Assembly (NCBI GenBank): GCA_965368975.1
Contig: CBDUPA010000017.1
Coordinates: 1 to 64,000, forward strand
Source: an uncultured bacterium
GTDB lineage: Bacteria > Acidobacteriota > Thermoanaerobaculia > Multivoradales > JAHZIX01
Length of the DNA stretch: 64,000 nt
Direction of reading: 5' to 3'
Numbering within the stretch: the stretch's first letter is position 1; every line of letters starts with the position of its first letter. Under the pieces are notes generated by a model that saw nothing but the letters and a program-made list of their open reading frames with translations, was not told where the DNA came from and did not search any database. The position numbers and the translations under genes are program-made. Of the stretch, positions 44,602-55,443 are shown in pieces.

Positions 44602-45852
44602 ATGCGCGTTCTCCTCGCCGTTTCCCGCTATCCCTGGCCCGCGCGCCGCGGCGACCAGCTGCGGGCGCTGCAGTTTCTCGACTTCCTGGCTGGTGAGCAC
44701 GACGTCACCCTGCTCGCTCCCGCTCCGGATCCCGACGACCCACCGCCGCCCGTCACGGAGTCCACGCGCTGGCGCCTGGTGACCTACGAGCGCAGTGGTG
44801 TCGCCGGCAAGTTGAAGGGGATGTTGCGTTGCGTGTTCGGTGGTTGGCCTTTGCAGAGTGCGCTTTTTGAGCACGCGGACCTGCGGCACAAGCTGCGCGA
44901 GCTAGCGCCGCGGGCGGATCTGGTGATCCTGCAGCTGTCGCGCCTGGCTCCGTACTTGGATGCGGTAGGAGACGTATCGCTGTGGGTTGACCTGATCGAC
45001 AGCCTGTGGCTCAACTTCGAGCGACGAGCGCGCGTTGACCGCTGGTGGCTGCGGCCGCTCTTGCGCTTCGAGGCCCATCGCCTGCTGCGCGCGGAGGCAC
45101 GGATGCTGCAACGAGCGCGGGGGGTTTGGGTGGTCTCCGAGCGGGATCGACGGGAGCTGGCGCGGCGGCTGCGCGGGCAGTTGGAGGAGGGGGTTCTTGG
45201 ACGCCTGCAGGTCCTGCCGCTGGCCTTCCCGCTCGATGCTTCGGAAGAGGTCTCCCGCGAAGAGAAGGCGGCCGATGCGACGCAGCGTCTGCTCGGCACG
45301 CCGCCGACCCTCGCCTTGACCGGGAACTTGGGCTACTTCGTCAACGTCGACGCCTTCTGCTGGTTCCTCGACACCGTCTGGCCGCCATTGCAGCGGCAGC
45401 GGCCAGAGTTGCGGCTGTGCTTGGCTGGGGCGAGGCCGGCTGTTGCGCTACGGCGGGCGGCGGTGCGGGCGGGGGTCGAGGTGATCGACACACCGCCGGA
45501 TCTGAAGGCCTTGCTCGCCCAAGCGGATGTGGCGCTGGCGCCGATGCGCTGCGGTTCGGGGCAGCCGCTGAAGATTCTTGAAGCGTGGCAAATGGGGGTG
45601 CCGGTGGTGGCATCGCCCTGGGCGGCGGCGGGAACGTCGGCGGTGGCGGGGGAGGACTTGCTGCTGGCGGGGCCGGCGGACGAGTGGGTGCGCACGCTGC
45701 TCGACGTGCTCGAAGTCTCGCCGGGTGCGGCGGCGCGTCGGGCCACTCTGGTCCGAGGTGGACGCGAGCGGCTGCGGGTAGCTTATGGCCGGCAGGGACT
45801 GCGGCAACGGCTGTTGCAACAACTCTGTGCCGGTGTACCGGGTCCAACGTGA
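44602..45852 (+). CDS. Glycosyltransferase family 4 (GT-B)
   Basis: MRVLLAVSRYPWPARRGDQLR; LTGNLGYFVNVDA; APMRCGSGQPLKILEAWQMGVPVVAS. Start reassigned to ATG 44602. Confidence 0.88.
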   Translation: MRVLLAVSRYPWPARRGDQLRALQFLDFLAGEHDVTLLAPAPDPDDPPPPVTESTRWRLVTYERSGVAGKLKGMLRCVFGGWPLQSALFEHADLRHKLRELAPRADLVILQLSRLAPYLDAVGDVSLWVDLIDSLWLNFERRARVDRWWLRPLLRFEAHRLLRAEARMLQRARGVWVVSERDRRELARRLRGQLEEGVLGRLQVLPLAFPLDASEEVSREEKAADATQRLLGTPPTLALTGNLGYFVNVDAFCWFLDTVWPPLQRQRPELRLCLAGARPAVALRRAAVRAGVEVIDTPPDLKALLAQADVALAPMRCGSGQPLKILEAWQMGVPVVASPWAAAGTSAVAGEDLLLAGPADEWVRTLLDVLEVSPGAAARRATLVRGGRERLRVAYGRQGLRQRLLQQLCAGVPGPT

Positions 45853-45963
45853 CGTCCCACCCTGGCGCGCCCCGGTGGGTAGAAGTCTGCGCAGCTCATT
45901 GAAGATGCGCTGGTATCTGAGTGATGTGCAGTCAAGTTCTTGGTCGTCACCAGCTTTTAGGGG

Positions 45964-45992
45964 TTGACAGGATTCGAGGACCTCGGTAGTGT
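45964..45992 (+). promoter_or_regulatory. sigma70-type promoter of groESL
   Basis: TTGACA (45964-45969), 17-nt spacer, TAGTGT (45987-45992). Confidence 0.8.
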
Positions 45993-46018
45993 TAGCACTC
46001 AGTCGGGGTGAGTGCTAA
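45992..46018 (+). promoter_or_regulatory. CIRCE element (HrcA operator)
   Basis: Perfect TTAGCACTC-N9-GAGTGCTAA upstream of groES. Confidence 0.97.
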
Positions 46019-46118
46019 TAGCTCACTCCGCGAGTCTCCGGTCCCGGAGGCTTCCCTATCAAGCATAAAAAGCGATCTGCCCAGGCGGGCAGAGATCCAC
46101 GAAGAAGGAGGAACGACT

Positions 46119-48186
<2,068 letters not shown>

Positions 48187-48213
48187 CGCCTATCCCGTCG
48201 ACTGCCTTGCACG

Positions 48214-48248
48214 AGCGATCCGGCCTTCTGGTCGGGTCGCTTTTGCTT
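48214..48248 (+). terminator. Intrinsic terminator of groESL
   Basis: AGCGATCCGGCC-ttct-GGTCGGGTCGCT followed by TTTGCTTT. Confidence 0.8.
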
Positions 48249-48544
48249 TGGCCGAGAGCGCGTGGCGGCTGATTCGGCCCCGGACCTTGTCAGCGTCGAC
48301 CTCTTGGTGTACACTCTCCCGGCTACATCGATTTCTCTCCTGTCTCAGCTGTGGGTCCCCCTTACATCCTGTGTAGACGTGTGTCTGCTCATGGCTTTCA
48401 GCCATAGTGCGGTCGACGGATTCTACCCGGATTGCGGGAGGGATCACTGCGTGTGCAGCTTCCAGACAGGTGTCCTATGCCTACCCCTTGCTGGGTCCAC
48501 AGACGCCACAATCCCAATCTCAGCTATGAGGAGGAACTGGAAGT

Positions 48545-50272
48545 ATGTCTACGCGTAAACTCGTATGTTGTCTGGCCATCGCTCTGATGGTCCTGTCCGC
48601 GGCCCCGATGCTGGCGCAGCGGACCGTCGCCTCGGTCGACTCGGAAACCATCCCGGGTACTTTCGACAAGGAAGCTCGCGCCGCCGAGCAGGCTCGTCAG
48701 GCCGCCTGGCTAACAGCTCGTGAGGGTCGTTCCCGGTTGCAGCCGGCTGTTGCCGAGCTGACCGATGCCGACCGTGAGACCCTCGCCAATGCTCGCACCG
48801 ACCAGGGCCGCATGCTCGTCGGTGTGACCAAGGACTTGGGCCTGCCGATCGCCACAAGCAATGAGCCGGGAATGTTCGGCCGTGTGCGCTCTGACCGTAG
48901 CGGTCAGATTTGGATGGGTGCCGTCCAGTCCCCGGGTGCCACCGCGCTTCGTCTGCACATCAGCAACTTCAACCTGCCCGACGATGCCGAGCTGTGGATC
49001 TACAATCGTCAGGGTCAGGCCTTCGGCCCGTACACGGGCAATGGCCCGAACAACAACGGTGAGCTCTGGACCAACACGATCTTCGGTGACGAGGTTCGCG
49101 TGCAGCTCCAGTTCCCGGAAGGCGCCTTCCGCGCGACTCGCAAGCAGATGGTCATCGAGCAGGTGCTGCACCTGGGCGACAACTTCCTGCTCGGCCGCAT
49201 GGCGCAAGCAGAGGACGACGACAAGGCCTTCTGTAGCTTCAACGCCTCGTGCGTCCAGAATGCCTCCTGCTCCACCGTGCCGTCCGCCATCGCTGCGAAC
49301 GCCAACGGCGTGGGCCACATGCAGTTCGTGATCGGCAGCTCCGGCTACATCTGCACTGGCAGTCTGCTCAACGACACCAACAGCTCCACCACGGTGCCGC
49401 TGTTCCTGACCGCCAACCACTGCCTGAGCACTCAGACGGTGGCGAACAGCCTGGAAGCTTTCTTCCAGTTCACCACCAGCTGCGGTGGTAGCTGCACCCT
49501 CGGTGGTTCGGTGCCGAGCACCAACGGTTCCACCCTGCTGGCAACCAACAGCACCAGCGACTACACGCTGCTGCAGCTGTCCGGCTCGCTGCCGTCCGGT
49601 AGCGTCCTGATGGGCTGGACCACCACCGCGGTGGCCAACTCCAACGGCACCCAGCTGTACCGCCTGAGCCACCCGAAGGGTTCGCCGCAGGCCTACTCCG
49701 AGCAGCAGGTCAACACTTCGGCTGGCACCTGCTCCGGCATTCCGCGCGGTGCCTGGATCTACAGCCGCCACAACCTTGGTGCCACCGAGGGTGGTAGCTC
49801 GGGTTCCGGCGTGGTCAACAGCAGCGGCCAGGTGGTCGGTCAACTGACCGGCGCTTGCGGCACCAACACCGGTAACTCCTGCGACAGCACCAACAACGCG
49901 GTCATCGACGGCGCGCTGGCCAGCTACTACAGCAGCGTTTCGCAGTGGCTCGACCCGACCACGGGTGGTGGTGGTTGCCATGTCGGTTCCATCGGCACGG
50001 CCAACTACTGCTCGGCTTCTTGCCCCTGCGACGATGGCGAAGGCGATTGCGACAGCAACAGCGAGTGCGTCAGCGGTACGACCTGCGTCAGCAACGTCGG
50101 CCCGAACTACGGATGGGCGTCCTGGGTGGACGTGTGCGAAGGTTCGAGCGGCGGCGGCCCGAACTCCTGCGTCGGCAACTGCGGCAGCCAGGCTTCGGGT
50201 GGTTGCTGGTGTGACAGCTCCTGCTCGTTCTACGGTGACTGCTGCTCCGACAAGGTCGCGGTCTGCGGTTGA
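48545..50272 (+). CDS. Secreted lysyl-endopeptidase-like (trypsin-fold S1) protease with C-terminal Cys-rich and somatomedin-B-like domains
   Basis: Signal peptide; prodomain SPGATALRLH; triad TANHC / SDYTLL / TEGGSSGS; tail SCVGNCG...CWCDSSCSFYGDCCSD....C. Confidence 0.88.
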   Translation: MSTRKLVCCLAIALMVLSAAPMLAQRTVASVDSETIPGTFDKEARAAEQARQAAWLTAREGRSRLQPAVAELTDADRETLANARTDQGRMLVGVTKDLGLPIATSNEPGMFGRVRSDRSGQIWMGAVQSPGATALRLHISNFNLPDDAELWIYNRQGQAFGPYTGNGPNNNGELWTNTIFGDEVRVQLQFPEGAFRATRKQMVIEQVLHLGDNFLLGRMAQAEDDDKAFCSFNASCVQNASCSTVPSAIAANANGVGHMQFVIGSSGYICTGSLLNDTNSSTTVPLFLTANHCLSTQTVANSLEAFFQFTTSCGGSCTLGGSVPSTNGSTLLATNSTSDYTLLQLSGSLPSGSVLMGWTTTAVANSNGTQLYRLSHPKGSPQAYSEQQVNTSAGTCSGIPRGAWIYSRHNLGATEGGSSGSGVVNSSGQVVGQLTGACGTNTGNSCDSTNNAVIDGALASYYSSVSQWLDPTTGGGGCHVGSIGTANYCSASCPCDDGEGDCDSNSECVSGTTCVSNVGPNYGWASWVDVCEGSSGGGPNSCVGNCGSQASGGCWCDSSCSFYGDCCSDKVAVCG

Positions 50273-50509
50273 GCCTTGAACTCTGACAGCGTCTTGTCGA
50301 GACGCTGAGCTGAGTCGAAACGGCCCTGGTCCTCCTTGGATTCAGGGCCGCTTCTTGTTTGTAGCAAGTTCTCGCCGGATCGCTGGGGGCGCGGGATCGC
50401 CGCCAATCTCGCCGGGCGTGGGTTTGCGTACGGCCACAACGTTCCCTACACTAGTTGCACTCGTTGAGTGCCCTCCCCCCAATCGCGGTCACACCGGCCG
50501 AGGAGTTGC

Positions 50510-52087
50510 ATGATGACATTCCGCATCCTCCGTAGCGTCGCGGCGAGGTCGATCCTCGCTGTGGTTCCGCTCATGGCAGCCTTGGGCTTCGTCTCGCAGG
50601 CGGTGCCGGCGCTTGCCGGACCCGCGGCGCTACAGAGCTCGACTTCCGTGGGTTCGGAGGTCGTTCGGGGGACTGCGCCGGCCGCGACGGAGCTGGCGCA
50701 GCGCCAGCAGGCGCTGTCACAGTGGCTGGTCGATCGTGCCGGGGCACTCTCGTCAGCGCCAGCGGTTGTCGAGCTGCCGGAAGAGGAGCGCCAGCGCTTG
50801 GCAGAAGCGGTGCCGGCGCAAGGGCGCTTGCGGGTCGGGAGTGTGCTGTCGGTAGGGTTGAAGATTCACGCGACGGGGTCAGGGTCGGAAGGTGCAGACG
50901 TGGGGCAAGAGCTTCCGTTTGGCTGGCTACGCTCGGATGGGCAGGAGCACGTGTGGACCGGCATCGTCCGTTCGCCAGGCGCGACAGGGCTGCGCCTGCA
51001 CCTGGGGAATGTTCGTCTACCGCCTGCAGCCGAGTTGTATGTGTACAGCACGCGGGGCGAGGCCTTCGGCCCCTACACTGGCCGCGGTCCCAACCAGGAC
51101 GGGGAGGTGTGGACGCACACGATTCTCGGCGACGAGATCCGGCTGCAGCTGCACTGGCAGGCGCAGGCTGAAGGTCAGTTGCACCGCACCGATCGCTCGC
51201 CGATGGTGATCCGCGAGGTCCTCCACCTGGGTGAGAACTTCTTGCTCGGGCGCATGGCACAGGAGAACACCGACGACAAGGCTTTCTGTAACTTCAACGC
51301 GTCGTGTATCGAGAACGCCGCATGCTCGACGATTCCCGCCGCGATCACGGCAGCTCGCAACGGCATGGCGCATCTGCAGTTCGTGGTGGGTGGCGGTGGG
51401 TTCATCTGTTCGGGAGGCTTGCTCAACGATACCGACGGTTCGACGCAGATTCCCTACCTGTTGACGGCCAATCACTGCTTCGACACTCAGGCTTCCGCCA
51501 CCAGCCTGGAAGCCTACTTCCAGTTCACCACCAGTTGCGGCGGTAGCTGCAGCCTCGGTGGCTCCGTGCCGCGCACCGTCGGTTCGACCCTGCTGGCGAG
51601 CGCGGCGAGCAGCGACTACACCTTGGTGCAGCTCAGCCAGAATCCGCCAGCGGGCAGTGTCTTGGTGGGGTGGAACTCGGCAGCTGTCGCCAACTCGAAC
51701 GGCACGCAGCTCTACCGAATCAGTCATCCGGCAGGGGCGCCGCAGGCCTATTCCGAACAGCAGGTGGATACGTCTGCGGGAACCTGCGGTGGTATCCCGC
51801 GAGGGGCTTGGATCTACAGCAGCGACAACTTCGGCGCGACGGAGGGCGGCAGCTCTGGCTCGCCGGTGTTGAATGCCAGCGGCCAGGTGGTCGGGCAGCT
51901 GACCGGGGCCTGTGGCCTGAATCCGAGCAACCCCTGTTCTGCCCTGAATGCGACGATCGACGGCGCGCTCGCTGCCTACTTTGCCAGCGTTTCTGCCTGG
52001 CTGGATCCGGTACCGGTCGGTGATCCGATCTTCAGTGACGACTTCGAGGCCAACAATCTCAACAAGTGGGCGGACATCTTTCCTTGA
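50510..52087 (+). CDS. Secreted lysyl-endopeptidase-like protease, paralog 2, ending in an IFxDxFE motif
   Basis: GAGGAG RBS before ATG 50510/50513; TANHC / SDYTLV / TEGGSSGSP. Catalytic domain is highly similar to the upstream paralog; C-terminus PIFSDDFEANNLNKWADIFP. Confidence 0.88.
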   Translation: MMTFRILRSVAARSILAVVPLMAALGFVSQAVPALAGPAALQSSTSVGSEVVRGTAPAATELAQRQQALSQWLVDRAGALSSAPAVVELPEEERQRLAEAVPAQGRLRVGSVLSVGLKIHATGSGSEGADVGQELPFGWLRSDGQEHVWTGIVRSPGATGLRLHLGNVRLPPAAELYVYSTRGEAFGPYTGRGPNQDGEVWTHTILGDEIRLQLHWQAQAEGQLHRTDRSPMVIREVLHLGENFLLGRMAQENTDDKAFCNFNASCIENAACSTIPAAITAARNGMAHLQFVVGGGGFICSGGLLNDTDGSTQIPYLLTANHCFDTQASATSLEAYFQFTTSCGGSCSLGGSVPRTVGSTLLASAASSDYTLVQLSQNPPAGSVLVGWNSAAVANSNGTQLYRISHPAGAPQAYSEQQVDTSAGTCGGIPRGAWIYSSDNFGATEGGSSGSPVLNASGQVVGQLTGACGLNPSNPCSALNATIDGALAAYFASVSAWLDPVPVGDPIFSDDFEANNLNKWADIFP

Positions 52088-52144
52088 ATCGTCGATGCTA
52101 GCGATGCGGTTTGGGAGGTGGTCCGAGGCCCGTCACAAGGCCGG

Positions 52145-53494
52145 TCAGCGCACCATGACCAGCATGCGCACCAGCCCCTCGCGGCTCGGGCTGTCGCCGC
52201 CGTCAAAACTCTCTAGTGCTTTGCCGAGCACGGCGCCGAAGGCGCGCTGGCGGTCGGCGGCGCGCATGGCGATGCCGGGGCGGTCCGAGGGCACTAGCAG
52301 GTCACCCGGGCGCACTGGGCCGCCTTCACTGTTGACGCGCACGTAGATCTGGCCGTTGAGCGCCACCGGAAGGTCTGTTGACCCGTCCTCGCGTGCCCCG
52401 AGTACCAGGCCTGGCTGCAGGCCGCCAGCACCGCTGACGACACCGATCACGCGCGGATCGTAGGCTTCGCTCGAAGGTGCCAGGCGACCGTCGTCGGTGA
52501 TCGCCAGCACGGTGCCGGGTACAACGCCGTCGCGCCGCGTCAGCTCGAACACCTCTGCCTGATCCTTGACGTTGACGCCGTTGAGTACGATTTTGCCCTC
52601 GCCGGAGAGCCAGAGCTTGATCTCGCCATTGGCATCGTACAAGTGGACTTCGCCGTTGCCGTTCTCATCGACACTCAGGAGCAAGCGCCGCTCGCCGTCG
52701 GCGTTGTTGATTTGCAGCGCGCCGTGGCCGCTGTCGAAGGCGAAGAGGCTGCCAGCCCGTTGTTCCTGGCTGTTGTGGATGGCCAGCAGCCCTCCACCGG
52801 CGGTACGACTGAACACCAGGAGTTTGCCGAGTTGCTCCAGCTGCGCCTCGAACTCGCTCTGCAGCTCGTGGGCGCGTGCCTCCAACCGTGCCAAGACCTC
52901 TTCCTGGCCAGCGCGGCGCATGTCACGCTCGAGATGAGTGATCGCGGTGGCTTGGGTCTCCAGCATCAGGCGCACGTCCGCCACGTGTTCGCGCAAGCGG
53001 GGCACCTCGCCGCAGCAGTCGGTGCCGCGCACCACGGTCGGGGGGGAGGCTGTGCCGCCGCGTTGGCGCAGCTGACGCACCTGGCGCTGCAGTTCTTCGA
53101 GGCCGGCGTCCATGGCTTCGACCTGCTGACGCAGGCCCGCGAGGGCTGCGGGTGTGCCACTGGCTTGATTGCCGGCGGAGGTGTCGCGGGAGGTCCCGGC
53201 AGCTGGCTGGGAGCCGGCGCGTGCGAGGCGGTCGAGGCGGTCGGCGAAGGCGCTCAGTTCGGCGCGGACCTCGCTGAGCTCGCCACGGAGGGCACTGAGT
53301 TCCTGGTCGTGCTGGGCCAAGGCCTTGTCGTGCTCGTCCAGGCGGGTGCCAATGCCCACTCGGCCTTGCTGTGCCTGCAGGGAGCCGGTGGCCAGCACCG
53401 CTAGCGCGAGCAGCAGTGCCAGAAGTCGGGCTGGGCCGTTGTTGAGTAGCCCAGAAAGGTGGAGAGCGAGACCTCGCAAGGTCGGTCGATGCAT
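52145..53494 (-). CDS. Secreted coiled-coil protein with C-terminal tail-fibre/intramolecular-chaperone-like (Peptidase_G2-like) domain
   Basis: Signal peptide, heptad-rich region, short beta repeats, then DQAEVF..PGTVLAI..RVIGVVS..VALNGQIYVRV..PGDLLVPS..LGKALE. Confidence 0.6.
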   Translation of the reverse strand: MHRPTLRGLALHLSGLLNNGPARLLALLLALAVLATGSLQAQQGRVGIGTRLDEHDKALAQHDQELSALRGELSEVRAELSAFADRLDRLARAGSQPAAGTSRDTSAGNQASGTPAALAGLRQQVEAMDAGLEELQRQVRQLRQRGGTASPPTVVRGTDCCGEVPRLREHVADVRLMLETQATAITHLERDMRRAGQEEVLARLEARAHELQSEFEAQLEQLGKLLVFSRTAGGGLLAIHNSQEQRAGSLFAFDSGHGALQINNADGERRLLLSVDENGNGEVHLYDANGEIKLWLSGEGKIVLNGVNVKDQAEVFELTRRDGVVPGTVLAITDDGRLAPSSEAYDPRVIGVVSGAGGLQPGLVLGAREDGSTDLPVALNGQIYVRVNSEGGPVRPGDLLVPSDRPGIAMRAADRQRAFGAVLGKALESFDGGDSPSREGLVRMLVMVR

Positions 53495-53652
53495 GATCAG
53501 ACACCTCTGGCCGTCAGGGCCGTCGAGCAGGAATAGACGTGGACAGACGATGCCTTGTTCCTACCCGTGTCGTCAAGTCGCCTGGTGTCGAGGGTGCCTT
53601 GCTCCACGGAGTGCTAGGTTCCAGGGGAGGCTCTTCCCCGGGGGACCTAGGC

Positions 53653-55299
53653 TCACGGACATTCGTAGGTGAGATCGTTGAGCGTGATGCGCTGGCCCCC
53701 CCACACCTCGTCGATCGTGCACACATCTTCCAGTTCCGGTAGCAGTTCCGCCGCTGCTGGCGGTCCCTCGGGACCATGGACGACCCGCAACATGCTGGGC
53801 GTCAGCTGTTCGTTGGCGCCGACATGGATCACGTACAGCTTCAGGTAGAGTCCTGGCGGTCGGGGCATCCAGAAATCGTAGGTGCCGAGCAAGGCGGCCA
53901 AGATGAGGATCAGGACGGCGGCGCCTGCGAGAGGGCGGCGGCTGAGAGCGCCGACGAGTCGAGGGCGCGTTCCCGACTGGCGTGCACCTCGGGCCTGGGG
54001 GCTCGGTGGTGTCGGCAGCTCGGGGCGCGTGGTCTTCAGCGTTGTGTCGTCCTGCCAGTGCTTCGCCGTGCGGGGGCTCAGTTCACTGAGTTCCGGCGCT
54101 GGTGGTGCGTCGTCCGGACTCGCGGGGGTGACGATGGGGATCTCGACGCGCGGTGCCGTCTTGGTCTGGGCACCCGCGCCCGAGGTCGAAGCCGCGTTCC
54201 CGCCCTGTCGCTGCGCTCGCTGCTGCGGCCCCGGTCGAGGTCGCTGTCGAGGCCGCAACTCGCGCGCCACGGGCGCTGAGGGCTGCCGCCGGCGTACCGG
54301 TGTCTCGTCCCAATCCTCGCCCGTCGGCTGTAGGTCGGGAGAGCGTTGCCGCTCGATGGCGCGCCGCAGCTGACGCCGGAAGGCTTCGGCGTTCTTTGGC
54401 CGCTGCCGCACCGGTACCGCCATGGCCTGCTCGATGGTCGAGCAGAAGTCGGGCGACAGCTGGGGTACCAGCGCCTTGAGCGGTGACAGGGGCTCGCTGC
54501 TCAAGCGTCGATCCAGCGCGTCGGGTGGTTGTCGGCCGCTGGTCATGCGGTAGAGCGTGGCGGCGACACCGTAGACATCGGTCCACGGTCCCTGTCGGTC
54601 GTCCTCCTGTGCCGGGTCCGCCACATACTGCTCGGGTGCCGCGAAGCCCCGGCTGACCAAGCGTGTCGGGTTGCCGCTGCGCTCGCCGAGGGTGATGCGG
54701 GCGGCGCCGAAGTCGAGCAGGATCGGGCGGTCGTCGTCGGTCAGGTAGATGTTCTGTGGCTTGACGTCGCGGTGGATCATGCCCTCCGCCTGCACCGTGC
54801 ACAAGGCGTCGAGCACCGGTAGGATCAGCTCGACCGCGCGCTTCTCTGGCACTCGGCCGCCTTCTTCGAGCAGATAGGCGTCGAGGGTGCGGCCGCGGTA
54901 GTACTGCATCACCATGTAGGCGGTGCCGTGCTGGCGGAAGAAGACACGCACGCCGACGATGTGCGGGTGCTCGAAGCGGGCCAGGCGCCGAGCCTCGTCG
55001 ACGAAGGCCTCGAGGCCGAGCTGGAACAGCTCGGCGTTGAGGGGCGAGTCCGGTTCGACGGTCAAGCCGTCCCGCCCGCGCGCCGCCAGTTCGCGCGGCA
55101 GGTACTCCTTGATCGCCACCTCGAGGTCGAGTGCCACGTCCTTGGCCAGGTAGGTGATCCCGAAGCCGCCGGGCTCGCCGAGCACGCGCCCGAGCACGTA
55201 CTTGCCACCGTCCAGTTCGGTGCCTGGCTGCAGGGCCTGACGGAAGGCACCGGGTGGCGGCGAGCCAAGATCGTTTGTGGCGGAATCAGACAGCGTCAT
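53653..55299 (-). CDS. Hanks-type Ser/Thr protein kinase, membrane-anchored
   Basis: LGEPGGFGITY, VAIKEY, HRDVKPQN, DFG, APEQ, DVYG; C-terminal TM LAGAAVLILILAALL. Confidence 0.92.
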   Translation of the reverse strand: MTLSDSATNDLGSPPPGAFRQALQPGTELDGGKYVLGRVLGEPGGFGITYLAKDVALDLEVAIKEYLPRELAARGRDGLTVEPDSPLNAELFQLGLEAFVDEARRLARFEHPHIVGVRVFFRQHGTAYMVMQYYRGRTLDAYLLEEGGRVPEKRAVELILPVLDALCTVQAEGMIHRDVKPQNIYLTDDDRPILLDFGAARITLGERSGNPTRLVSRGFAAPEQYVADPAQEDDRQGPWTDVYGVAATLYRMTSGRQPPDALDRRLSSEPLSPLKALVPQLSPDFCSTIEQAMAVPVRQRPKNAEAFRRQLRRAIERQRSPDLQPTGEDWDETPVRRRQPSAPVARELRPRQRPRPGPQQRAQRQGGNAASTSGAGAQTKTAPRVEIPIVTPASPDDAPPAPELSELSPRTAKHWQDDTTLKTTRPELPTPPSPQARGARQSGTRPRLVGALSRRPLAGAAVLILILAALLGTYDFWMPRPPGLYLKLYVIHVGANEQLTPSMLRVVHGPEGPPAAAELLPELEDVCTIDEVWGGQRITLNDLTYECP

Positions 55300-55443
55300 G
55301 GTGCGAGGGGCGGCACTCTTGTCGTTACAGGTTCCGAAGATCAGGGACCGAGGACGCGGAGCGAGAACACGGAGCGAGAGAACGGAGTCCTAGTCTACCA
55401 GGGTGTCGTAGCGCACCAGAAAACAGGTTGATAGGCTCAGCCA

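Noticed and set aside
48250-48540. Possible ncRNA or riboswitch in the groEL-protease intergenic region
   Set aside because: No recognisable conserved motif or convincing structure beyond the terminator; an Rfam/Infernal search would be needed.
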